Assembly: GCF_009914755.1 (NCBI RefSeq)
Contig: NC_060938.1
DNA from: the human T2T-CHM13v2.0 reference genome, Homo sapiens
DNA length: 64,000 nucleotides
Reading direction: 5' to 3' (one strand)
Shown: piece by piece, positions 27,701 to 42,569 of the stretch
Layout of the letters: each line of letters begins with the position of its first letter
How positions within the stretch are numbered: the first letter of the stretch is position 1
Notes under the pieces: generated by a model
Seen by the model: only the letters and a program-made list of their open reading frames with translations
Databases searched by the model: none
Told to the model about the DNA's origin: nothing
Program-made: the position numbers and the translations under genes

Positions 27701-30700
27701 ATACATTACATACTGTACATAAAATATGAAATTACTTCAAAAATATATTATATTAGGCATGTAAAATATGAAAGTACATCAAATATAGATTATATACCTT
27801 ACGTAAAATATCAAAGTACCCCAAATATATATTATATACTGTACATGAAATATCAAATTTCACAAACTATATATTGTATACTCTACATAAAATATCAAAG
27901 TACCCAAGGTATGTATTCTATACTGTACAAAAAATATCAAAGTACCCAAAGCATGTATTATATACTGTACATAAAACATGAAAGTACATCAAATATATGT
28001 TTTATTCTGTACATAAAATATCAAAGTACACAAAATATATATTCTATAGTGTACATAAAATATCAAAGTACACAAACTATACATTATATACTGTACATAA
28101 AATATGAAACTACATCAAATATATATTATATTAGGTACATAAAATATGAAAGTATATCGAATATAGATTATATATTGTACATAAAATATCACAGTACCCC
28201 AAATATATATTTTATACTGTACATGAAATATCAAAGTTCACAAACTATATATTATATACTGTACATAAAATATCAAAGTACCCAAGGTATATATTCTATA
28301 CTGTACAAAAAATATCAAAGTACCCAAAACATGTATTATATGCTGTACATAAAATATGAAAGTACATCAAATATATATTTTATTCTGTACATAAAATATC
28401 AAAGTACACCAAATATATATTCTATAGTGTACATAAAATATCAAAGTACCCAAACTATACATTATATACTCTACATAAAAGATGAAATTACATCAAAAAT
28501 ATATTATATTAGGTACATAAAATATGAAAGTACATCAAATATAGATTATATACTGTACATAAAATATCAAAGTACCCCAAATATATATTTTATACAGTAC
28601 ATGAAATATCAAAGTTCACAAACTATATATTATATACTGTACATAAAATATCAAAGTACCCAATGTATATATTCTATACTGTACAAAAAATATCATAGTA
28701 CCCAAAGCATGTATTATATACAGTACATAAAATATGAAAGTGCACCAAATATATATTTTATTCTGTACATAAAATATGAAAGTACACCAAATATATATTC
28801 TATACTGTACATAAAATATCAAAGTACCCAAACTATACATTATATACTGTACAAAAAATATGAAATTACATCAAATATATATTATATTAGGTACATAAAA
28901 TATGAAAGTACATCAAATATAGATTATATACCGTACATAAAATATCAAAGTACCCCAAATATATATTATATACTTTACATGAAATATCAAAGTTCACAAA
29001 CTATATATTATATACTGTACATAAAATATCAAAGTACCCAAGGTATATATTCTATACTGTACAAAAAATATCAAAGTACCCAAAGCACGTATTATATGCT
29101 GTACATAAAATATGAAAGTACATCAAATATATATTTTATTCTGTACATAAAATATCAAAGTACACCAAATATATATTCTATAGTGTACATGAAATATCAA
29201 AGTACCCAAACTATACATTATATACTGTACATAAAATATGAAATTACATCAAATATATATTATATTAGGTACATAAAATATGAAAGTACATGAAATATAG
29301 ATTATATACTGTACATAAAATACCAAAGTACCCCAAATATATATTTTATACTGTACATGAAATATCAAAGTTCACAAACTATATATTATATACTGTACAT
29401 AAAATATCAAAGTACCCAAGGTATATATTCTATACTGTACAAAAAATATCAAAGTACCCAAAGCATGTATTATATACTGTACATAAAATATGAAAGTACA
29501 TCAAATATATATTTTATTCTGTACATAAAATATCAAAGTACACAAAATATGTATTCTATAGTGTACATAAAATATCAAAGTACCCAAATTATACATTATA
29601 TACTGTACATAAAATATGAAATTACATCAAAAATATATTATATTAGGTACATAAAATATGAAAGTACACCAAATATAGATTATATACTGTACATAAAATA
29701 TCAAAGTACCCCAAATATATATTTTGTACAGTACATGAAATATCAAAGTTCACAAACTATATATTATATACTGTACATAAAATATCAAAGTACACAATGT
29801 ATATATTCTATACTGTACAAAAAATATCATAGTACCCAAAGCATGTATTATATACTGTACATAAAATGTGAAAGTGCACCAAATATATATTATATTCTGT
29901 ACATAAAATATCAAAGTACACCAAATATATATTCTATAGTGTACATGAAATATCAAAATACCCAAACTATACATTATATACTGTACATAAAATATGAAAT
30001 TACATCAAATATATATAATATTAGGTACATAAAATATGAAAGTACATCAAATATAGATTATATACTGTACATAAAATACCAAAGTACCCCAAATATATAT
30101 TTTATACTGTACATGAAATATCAAAGTTCACAAACTATATATTATATACTCTACATAAAATATCAAAGTACACAAGGTATATATTCTATACTGTACAAAA
30201 AATATCAAAGTACCCAAAGCATGTATTATATACTGTACATAAAACATGAAAGTACATCAAATATATGTTTTATTCTGTACATAAAATATCAAAGTACACA
30301 AAATATATATTCTATAGTGTACATAAAATATCAAAGTACACAAACTATACATTGTATACTGTACATAAAATATGAAACTACATCAAATATATATTATATT
30401 AGGTACATAAAATATGAAAGTATATCAAATATAGATTATATACTGTACATAAAATATCACAGTACCCCAAATATATATTTTATACTGTACATGAAATATC
30501 AAAGTTCACAAACTATATATTATATACTCTACGTAAAATATCAAAGTACCCAAGGTATGTATTCTATACTGTACAAAAAATATCAAAGTACCCAAAGCAT
30601 GTATTATATACTGTACATAAAACATGAAAGTACATCAAATATATGTTTTATTCAGTACATAATATATCAAAGTACACAAAATATATATTCTATAGTGTAC

Positions 30701-33700
30701 ATAAAATATCAAAGTACACAAACTATACATTATATACTGTACATAAAATATGAAACTACATCAAATATATATTATATTAGGTACATAAAATATGAAAGTA
30801 TATCAAATATAGATTATATACTGTACATAAAATATCACAGTACCCCAAATATATATTTTATACTGTACATGAAATATCAAAGTTCACAAACTATATATTA
30901 TATACTGTACATAAAATATCAAAGTACCCAAGGTATATATTCTATACTGTACAAAAAATATCAAAGTACCCAAAACATGTATTATATGCTGTACATAAAA
31001 TATGAAAGTACATCAAATATATATTTTATTCTGTACATAAAATATCAAAGTACACCAAATATATATTCTATACTGTACATAAAATATCAAAGTACCCAAA
31101 CTATTCATTATATACTGTACATAAAATATGAAATTACATCAAATATATATTATATTAGGTACATAAAATATGAAAGTACATCAAATATAGATTATATAAT
31201 GTACATAAAATACCAAAGTCCCCCAAATATATATTTTATACTGTACATGAAATATCAAAGTTCTCAAACTATATATTATATACTGTACATAAAATATCAA
31301 AGTACACAAGGTATATATTCTATACTGTACAAAAAATATCAAAGTACCCAAAGCATGTATTATATGCTGTACATAAAATATGAAAGTACATCAAACATAT
31401 ATTTTATTCTGTACATAAAATATCAAAGTACACCAAATATATATTCTATACTGTACATAAAATATCAAAGTACCCAAACTATTCATTATATACTGTACAT
31501 AAAATATGAAATTACATCAAATATATATTATATTAGGTACATAAAATATGAAAGTACATCAAATATAGATTATATACTGTACATAAAATACCAAAGTACC
31601 CCAAATATATATTTTATACTTTACATGAAATATCAAAGTTCACAAACTATATATTATATACTCTACATAAAATATCAAAGTACCCAAGGTATGTATTCTA
31701 TACTGTACAAAAAATATCAAAGTACCCAAAGCATGTATTATATACTGTACATAAAACATGAAAGTACATCAAATATATGTTTTATTCTGTACATAAAATA
31801 TCAAAGTACACCAAATATGTATTCTATAGTGTACATAAAATATCAAAGTACACAAACTATACATTATATACTGTACATAAAATATGAAACTACATCAAAT
31901 ATATATTATATTAGGTACATAAAATATGAAAGTATATCAAATATAGATTATATACTGTACATAAAATATCACAGTACACCAAATATATATTTTATACTGT
32001 ACATGAAATATCAAAGTTCACAAACTATATATTATATACTCTACGTAAAATATCAAAGTACCCAAGGTATGTATTCTATACTGTACAAAAAATATCAAAG
32101 TACCCAAAGCATGTATTATATACTGTACATAAAACATGAAAGAACATCAAATATATGTTTTATTCTGTACATAATATATCAAAGTACACAAAATATATAT
32201 TCTATAGCGTACATAAAATATCAAAGTACACAAGCTATACATTATATACTGTACATAAAATATGAAACTACATCAAATATATATTATATTAGGTACATAA
32301 AATATGAAAGTATATCAAATATAGATTATATACTGTACATAAAATATCACAGTACCCCAAATATATATTTTATACTGTACATGAAATATCAAAGTTCACA
32401 AACTATATATTATATACTGTACATAAAATATCAAAGTACCCAAGGTATATATTCTATACTGTACAAAAAATATCAAAGTACCCAAACCATGTATTATATG
32501 CTGTACATAAAATATAAAAGTACATCAAATATATATTTTATTCTGTACATAAAATATCAAAGTACACCAAATATATATTCTATACTGTACATAAAATATC
32601 AAAGTACCCAAACTATTCATTATATACTGTACATAAAATATGAAATTACATCAAATATATATTATATTAGGTACATAAAATATGAAAGTACATCAAATAT
32701 AGATTTTATACTGTACATAAAATACCAAAGTCCCCCAAATATATATTTTATACTGTACATGAAATATCAAAGTTCTCAAACTATATATTATATACTGTAC
32801 ATAAAATATCAAAGTACACAAGGTATATATTCTATACTGTACAAAAAATATCAAAGTACCCAAAGCATGTATTATATGCTGTACATAAAATATGAAAGTA
32901 CATCAAATATATATTTTATCCTGTACATAAAATATCAAACTACACCAAATATATATTCTATAGTGTACATGAAATATCAAAGTACCCAAACTATACATTA
33001 TATACTGTACATAAAATATGAAATTACATCAAATATATATTATATTAGGTACATAAAATATGAAAGTACATCAAATATAGATTATATACTGTACATAAAA
33101 TACCAAAGTACCCCAAATATATATTTTATACTGTACATGAAATATCAAAGTTCACAAACTATATATTACATACTCTACATAAAATATCAAAGTACCCAAG
33201 GTATGTATTCTATACTGTACAAAAAATATCAAAGTACCCAAAGCATGTATTATATACTGTACATAAAACATGAAAGTACATCAAATATATGTTTTATTCT
33301 GTACATAAAATATCAAAGTACACCAAATATATATTCTATACTGTACATAAAATATCAAAGTACACAAACTATACATCATATACTGTACATAAAATATGAA
33401 ACTACATCAAATATATATTATATTAGGTACATAAAATATGAAAGTATATCAAATATAGATTATATACTGTACATAAAATATCACAGGACCCCAAATATAT
33501 ATTTTATACTGTACATGAAATATCAAAGTTCACAAACTATATATTATATACTCTACGTAAAATATCAAAGTACCCAAGGTATGTAATCTATACTGTACAA
33601 AAAATATCAAAGTACCCAAAGCATGTATTATATACTGTACATAAAACATGAAAGAACATCAAATATATGTTTTATTCTGCACATAATATATCAAAGTACA

Positions 33701-35969
33701 CAAAATATATATTCTATACTGTACATAAAATATCAAAGTACACAAGCTATACATTATATACTGTACATAAAATATGAAACTACATCAAATATATATTATA
33801 TTAGGTACATAAAATATGAAAGTATATCAAATATAGATATATACTGTACATAAAATATCACAGTACCCCAAATATATATTTTATACTGTACATGAAATAT
33901 CAAAGTTCACAAACTATATATTATATACTGTATATAAAATATCAAAGTACCCAAGGTATATATTCTATACTGTACAAAAAATATCAAAGTACCCAAAACA
34001 TGTATTATATGCTGTAGATAAAATATGAAAGTACATCAAATATATATTTTATTCTGTACATAAAATATCAAAGGACACCAAATATATATTCTATACTGTA
34101 CATAAAATATCAAAGTACCCAAACTATTCATTATATACTGTACATAAAATATGAAATTACATCAAATATATATTATATTAGGTACATAAAATATGAAAGT
34201 ACATCAAATATAGATTATATACTGTACATAAAATACCAAAGTCCCCCAAATATATATTTTATACTGTACATGAAATATCAAAGTTCTCAAACTATATATT
34301 ATATACTGTACATAAAATATCAAAGTACACATGGTATATATTCTATACTGTACCAAAAATATCAAAGTACCCAAAGCATGTATTATATGCTGTACATAAA
34401 ATATGAAAGTACATCAAATATTTATTTTATTCTGTACATAAAATATCAAAGTACACCAAATATATATTCTATAGTGTACATGAAATATCAAAATACCCAA
34501 ACTATACATTATATACTGTACATAAAATAAGAAATTACATCAAATATATATTATATTAGGTACATAAAATATGAAAGTACATCAAATATAGATTATATAC
34601 TGTACATAAAATACCAAATTACCCCAAATATATATTTTATACTGTACATGAAATATCAAAGTTCACAAACTATATATTATATACTCTACATAAAATATCA
34701 AAGTACCCAAGGTATGTATTCTATACTGTACAAAAAATATCAAAGTACCCAAAGCATGTATTATATACTGTACATAAAACATGAAAGTGCATCAAATATA
34801 TGTTTTATTCTGTACATAAAATATCAAAGTACACCAAATATATATTCTATAGTGTACATAAAATATCAAAGTACACAAACTATACATTATATACTGTACA
34901 TAAAATATGAAACTGCATCAAATATATATTATATTAGGTACATAATATATGAAAGTATATCAAATATAGATTATATACTGTACATAAAATATCACAGTAC
35001 CCCAAATATATATTTTATACTCTACACGAAATATCAAAGTTCACAAACTATATATTATATACTCTACATAAAATATCAAAGTACCCAAGGTATATATTCT
35101 ATACTGTACAAAAAATATCAAAGTACCCAAAGCATGTATTATATGCTGTACATAAAATATGAAAGTACATCAAATATATATTTTATTCTGTACATAAAAT
35201 ATCAAACTACACCAAATATATATTCTATAGTGTACATGAAATATCAAAGTACCCAAACTATACATTATATACTGTACATAAAATATGAAATTACATCAAA
35301 TATATATTATATTAGGTACATAAAATATGAAAGTACATCAAATATAGATTATATACTGTACATAAAATACCAAAGTACCCCAAATATATATTTTATACTG
35401 TACATGAAATATCAAAGTTCACAAACTATATATTATATACTCTACATAAAATATCAAAGTACCCAAGGTATGTATTCTATACTGTACAAAAAATATCAAA
35501 GTACCCAAAGCATGTATTATATACTGTACATAAAACATGAAAGTACATCAAATATATGTTTTATTCTGTACATAAAATATCAAAGTACACCAAATATATA
35601 TTCTATAGTGTACATAAAATATCAAAGTACACAAACTATACATTATATACTGTACATAAAATATGAAACTACATCAAATATATATTATATTAGGTACATA
35701 AAATATGAAATTATATCAAATATAGATTATTTACTGTACATAAAATATCACAGTACCCCAAATATATATTTTATACTGTACATGGAATATCAAAGTTCAC
35801 AAACTATATATTATATACTGTACATAAAATATCAAAGTACCCAAGGTATATATTCTATACTGTACAAAAAATATCAAAGTACCCAAAACATGTATTATAT
35901 GCTGTACATAAAATATGAAAGTACATCAAATATATATTTTATTCTGTACATAAAATATCAAAGTACACC

Positions 35970-38900
35970 AAATATATATTCTATACTGTACATAAAATAT
36001 CAAAGTACCCAAACTATTCATTATATACTGTACATAAAATATGAAATTACATCAAATATATATTATATTAGGTACATAAAATATGAAAGTACATCAAATA
36101 TAGATTATATACTGTACATAAAATACCAAAGTCCCCCTAATATATATTTTATACTGTACATGAAATATCAAAGTTCTCAAACTATATATTATATACTGTA
36201 CATAAAATATCAAAGTACACAAGGTATATATTCTATACTGTACAAAAAATATCAAAGTAACCAAAGCATGTATTATATGCTGTACATAAAATATGAAAGT
36301 ACATCAAATATATATTTTATTCTGTATATAAAATATCAAAGTACACCAAATATATATTCTATAGTGTACATGAAATATCAAAGTACCCAAACTATACATT
36401 ATATACTGTATATAAAATACGAAATTACATCAAATATATATTATATTAGGTACATAAAATATGAAAGTACATCAAATATAGATTATATAGTGTACATAAA
36501 ATACCAAAGTACCCCAAATATATATTTTATACTGTACATGAAATATCAAAGTTCACAAACTATATATTATATACTCTACATAAAATATCAAAGTACCCAA
36601 GGTATGTATTCTATACTGTACAAAAAATATCAAAGTACCCAAAGCATGTATTATATACTGTACATAAAACATGAAAGTACATCAAATATATGTTTTACTC
36701 TGTACATAATATATCAAAGTACACCAAATATATATTCTATAGTGTACATAAAATATCAAAGTACACAAACTATACATTATATACTGTACATAAAATATGA
36801 AACTACATCAAATATATATTATATTAGGTACATAAAATATGAAAGTATATCAAATATAGATTATATACTGTACATAAAATATCAGAGTACCCCAAATATA
36901 TATTTTATACTGTACATGAAATATCAAAGTTCACAAACTATATATTATATACTCTACATAAAATATCAAAGTACCCAAGGTATGTATTCTATACTGTACA
37001 AAAAATATCAAAGTACCCAAAGCATGTATTATATACTGTACATAAAACATGAAAGTACATCAAATATATGTTTTATTCTGTACATAAAATATCAAAGTAC
37101 ACCAAATATATATTCTATAGTGTACATAAAATATCAAAGTACCCAAACTATACATTATATACTGTACATAAAATATGAAATTACATCAAATATATATTAT
37201 ATTAGGTACATAAAATATGAAAGTATATCAAATATAGATTATATACTGTACATAAAATATCACAGTACCCCAAATATATATTTTATACTGTACATGAAAT
37301 ATCAAAGTTCACAAACTATATATTATATACTGTAAATAAAATATCAAAGTACCCAAGGTATATATTCTATACTGTACAAAAAATATCAAAGTACCCAAAA
37401 CATGTATTATATGCTGTACATAAAATATGAAAGTACATCAAATATATATTTTATTCTGTACATAAAATATCAATGTACACCAAATATATATTCTATAGTG
37501 TACATGAAATATCAAATACCCAAACTATACATTATATACTGTACATAAAATATGAAATTACATCAAATATATATTATATTAGGTACATAAAATATGAAAG
37601 TACATCAAATATAGATTATATACTGTACATAAAATACCAAAGTACCCCAAATATGTATTTTATACTGTACATGAAATATCAAACTTCACAAACTATATAT
37701 TATATACTCTACATAAAATATCAAAGTACCCAAGGTATGTATTCTATACTGTACAAAAAATATCAAAATACCCAAAGCATGTATTATATACTGTACATAA
37801 AACATGAAAGTACATCAAATATATGTTTTATTCTGTACATAAAATATCAAAGTACACCAAATATATATTCTATAGTGTACATAAAATATCAAAGTACACA
37901 AACTATACATTATATACTGTACATAAAATATGAAAATACATCAAATATATATTTTATTAGGTACATAAAATATGAAAGTACATCAAATAGAGATTATATA
38001 CTGTACATAAAATACCAAAGTCCCAAAAATATATATTTTATACTGTACATGAAATATCAAAGTTCTCAAACTATATATTATATACTTTACATAAAATATC
38101 AAAGTACCCAAGGTATATATTCTATACTGTACAAAAAATATCAAAGTACCCAAAGCATGTATTATATGCTGTACATAAAATATGAAAGTACATCAAATAT
38201 ATATTTTATTCTGTACATAAAATATCAAAGTACACCAAATACATATTCTATAGTGTACATGAAATATCAAAGTACCCAAACTATACATTATATACTGTAC
38301 ATAAAATATGAAATTACATCAAATATATATTATATTAGGTACATAAAATATGAAAGTACATCAAATATAGATTATATACTGTACATAAAATACCAAAGTA
38401 CCCCAAATATATATTTTATACTGTACATGAAATATCAAAGTTCACAAACTATATATTATATACTCTACATAAAATATCAAAGTACCCAAGGTATGTATTC
38501 TATACTGTACAAAAAATATCAAAGTACCCAAAACATGTATTATATGCTGTAGATAAAATATGAAAGTACATCAAATATATATTTTATTCTGTACATAAAA
38601 TATCAAAGGACACCAAATATATATTCTATACTGTACATAAAATATCAAAGTACCCAAACTATTCATTATATACTGTACATAAAATATGAAATTACATCAA
38701 ATATATATTATATTAGGTACATAAAATATGAAAGTACATCAAATATAGATTATATACTGTACATAAAATACCAAAGTCCCCCTAATATATATTTTATACT
38801 GTACATGAAATATCAAAGTTCTCAAACTATATATTATATACTGTACATAAAATATCAAAGTACACAAGGTATATATTCTATACTGTACAAAAAATATCAA

Positions 38901-41415
38901 AGTAACCAAAGCATGTATTATATGCTGTACATAAAATATGAAAGTACATCAAATATATATTTTATTCTGTATATAAAATATCAAAGTACACCAAATATAT
39001 ATTCTATAGTGTACATGAAATATCAAAGTACCCAAACTATACATTATATACTGTATATAAAATATGAAATTACATCAAATATATATTATATTAGGTACAT
39101 AAAATATGAAAGTACATCAAATATAGATTATATAGTGTACATAAAATACCAAAGTACCCCAAATATATATTTTATACTGTACATGAAATATCAAAGTTCA
39201 CAAACTATATATTATATACTCTACATAAAATATCAAAGTACCCAAGGTATGTATTCTATACTGTACAAAAAATATCAAAGTACCCAAAGCATGTATTATA
39301 TACTGTACATAAAACATGAAAGTACATCAAATATATGTTTTACTCTGTACATAATATATCAAAGTACACCAAATATATATTCTATAGTGTACATAAAATA
39401 TCAAAGTACACAAACTATACATTATATACTGTACATAAAATATGAAACTACATCAAATATATATTATATTAGGTACATAAAATATGAAAGTATATCAAAT
39501 ATAGATTATATACTGTACATAAAATATCAGAGTACCCCAAATATATATTTTATACTGTACATGAAATATCAAAGTTCACAAACTATATATTATATACTCT
39601 ACATAAAATATCAAAGTACCCAAGGTATGTATTCTATACTGTACAAAAAATATCAAAGTACCCAAAGCATGTATTATATACTGTACATAAAACATGAAAG
39701 TACATCAAATATATGTTTTATTCTGTACATAAAATATCAAAGTACACCAAATATATATTCTATAGTGTACATAAAATATCAAAGTACCCAAACTATACAT
39801 TATATACTGTACATAAAATATGAAATTACTTCAAATATATATTATATTAGGTACATAAAATATGAAAGTATATCAAATATAGATTATATACTGTACATAA
39901 AATATCACAGTACCCCAAATATATATTTTATACTGTACATGAAATATCAAAGTTCACAAACTATATATTATATACTGTAAATAAAATATCAAAGTACCCA
40001 AGGTATATATTCTATACTGTACAAAAAATATCAAAGTACCCAAAACATGTATTATATGCTGTACATAAAATATGAAAGTACATCAAATATATATTTTATT
40101 CTGTACATAAAATATCAATGTACACCAAATATATATTCTATAGTGTACATGAAATATCAAATACCCAAACTATACATTATATACTGTACATAAAATATGA
40201 AATTACATCAAATATATATTATATTAGGTACATAAAATATGAAAGTACATCAAATATAGATTATATACTGTACATAAAATACCAAAGTACCCCAAATATG
40301 TATTTTATACTGTACATGAAATATCAAAGTTCACAAACTATATATTATATACTCTACATAAAATATCAAAGTACCCAAGGTATGTATTCTATACTGTACA
40401 AAAAATATCAAAGTACCCAAAGCATGTATTATATACTGTACATAAAACATGAAAGTACATCAAATATATGTTTTATTCTGTACATAAAATATCAAAGTAC
40501 ACCAAATATATATTCTATAGTGTACATAAAATATCAAAGTACACAAACTATACATTATATACTGTACATAAAATATGAAAATACATCAAATATATATTTT
40601 ATTAGGTACATAAAATATGAAAGTACATCAAATAGAGATTATATACTGTACATAAAATACCAAAGTCCCAAAAATATATATTTTATACTGTACATGAAAT
40701 ATCAAAGTTCTCAAACTATATATTATATACTTTACATAAAATATCAAAGTACCCAAGGTATATATTCTATACTGTACAAAAAATATCAAAGTACCCAAAG
40801 CATGTATTATATGCTGTACATAAAATATGAAAGTACATCAAATATATATTTTATTCTGTACATAAAATATCAAAGTACACCAAATACATATTCTATAGTG
40901 TACATGAAATATCAAAGTACCCAAACTATACATTATATACTGTACATAAAATATGAAATTACATCAAATATATATTATATTAGGTACATAAAATATGAAA
41001 GTACATCAAATATAGATTATATACTGTACATAAAATACCAAAGTACCCCAAATATATATTTTATACTGTACATGAAATATCAAAGTTCACAAACTATATA
41101 TTATATACTCTACATAAAATATCAAAGTACCCAAGGTATGTATTCTATACTGTACAAAAAATATCAAAGTACCCAAAACATGTATTATATGCTGTAGATA
41201 AAATATGAAAGTACATCAAATATATATTTTATTCTGTACATAAAATATCAAAGGACACCAAATATATATTCTATACTGTACATAAAATATCAAAGTACCC
41301 AAACTATTCATTATATACTGTACATAAAATATGAAATTACATCAAATATATATTATATTAGGTACATAAAATATGAAAGTACATCAAATATAGATTATAT
41401 ACTGTACATAAAATA
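35970..41415. repeat. Tandem duplication with 2645-bp period (7 x 378 - 1)
   Basis: ORFs 37473..38552 and 40118..41197, stop codons at 37335/39980 and marker GTCCCCCTAA at 36131/38776 are all offset by 2645. Confidence 0.9.
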
Positions 41416-42569
41416 CCAAATTCCCCCAAATATATATTTTATACTGTACATGAAATATCAAAGTTCTCAAACTATATATTATATACTGTACATAAAATAT
41501 CAAAGTACACATGGTATATATTCTATACTGTACCAAAAATATCAAAGTACCCAAAGCATGTATTATATGCTGTACATAAAATATGAAAGTACATCAAATA
41601 TTTATTTTATTCTGTACATAAAATATCAAAGTACACCAAATATATATTCTATAGTGTACATGAAATATCAAAATACCCAAACTATACATTATATACTGTA
41701 CATAAAATAAGAAATTACATCAAATATATATTATATTAGGTACATAAAATATGAAAGTACATCAAATATAGATTATATACTGTACATAAAATACCAAATT
41801 ACCCCAAATATATATTTTATACTGTACATGAAATATCAAAGTTCACAAACTATATATTATATACTCTACATAAAATATCAAAGTACCCAAGGTATGTATT
41901 CTATACTGTACAAAAAATATCAAAGTACCCAAAGCATGTATTATATACTGTACATAAAACATGAAAGTGCATCAAATATATGTTTTATTCTGTACATAAA
42001 ATATCAAAGTACACCAAATATATATTCTATAGTGTACATAAAATATCAAAGTACACAAACTATACATTATATACTGTACATAAAATATGAAACTGCATCA
42101 AATATATATTATATTAGGTACATAATATATGAAAGTATATCAAATATAGATTATATACTGTACATAAAATATCACAGTACCCCAAATATATATTTTATAC
42201 TGTACATGAAATATCAAAGTTCACAAACTATATATTATATACTGTACATAAAATATCAAAGTACCCAAGGTATATATTCTATACTGTACAAAAAATATCA
42301 AAGTACCCAAAACATGTATTATATGCTGTACATAAAATATGAAAGTACATCAAATATATATTTTATTCTGTACATAAAATATCAAAGTACACCAAATATA
42401 TATTCTATACTGTACATAAAATATCAAAGTACCCAAACTATTCATTATATACTGTACATAAAATATGAAATTACATCAAATATATATTATATTACGTACA
42501 TAAAATATGAAAGTACATCAAATATAGATTATATACTGTACATAAAATACCAAAGTACCCCAAATATAT

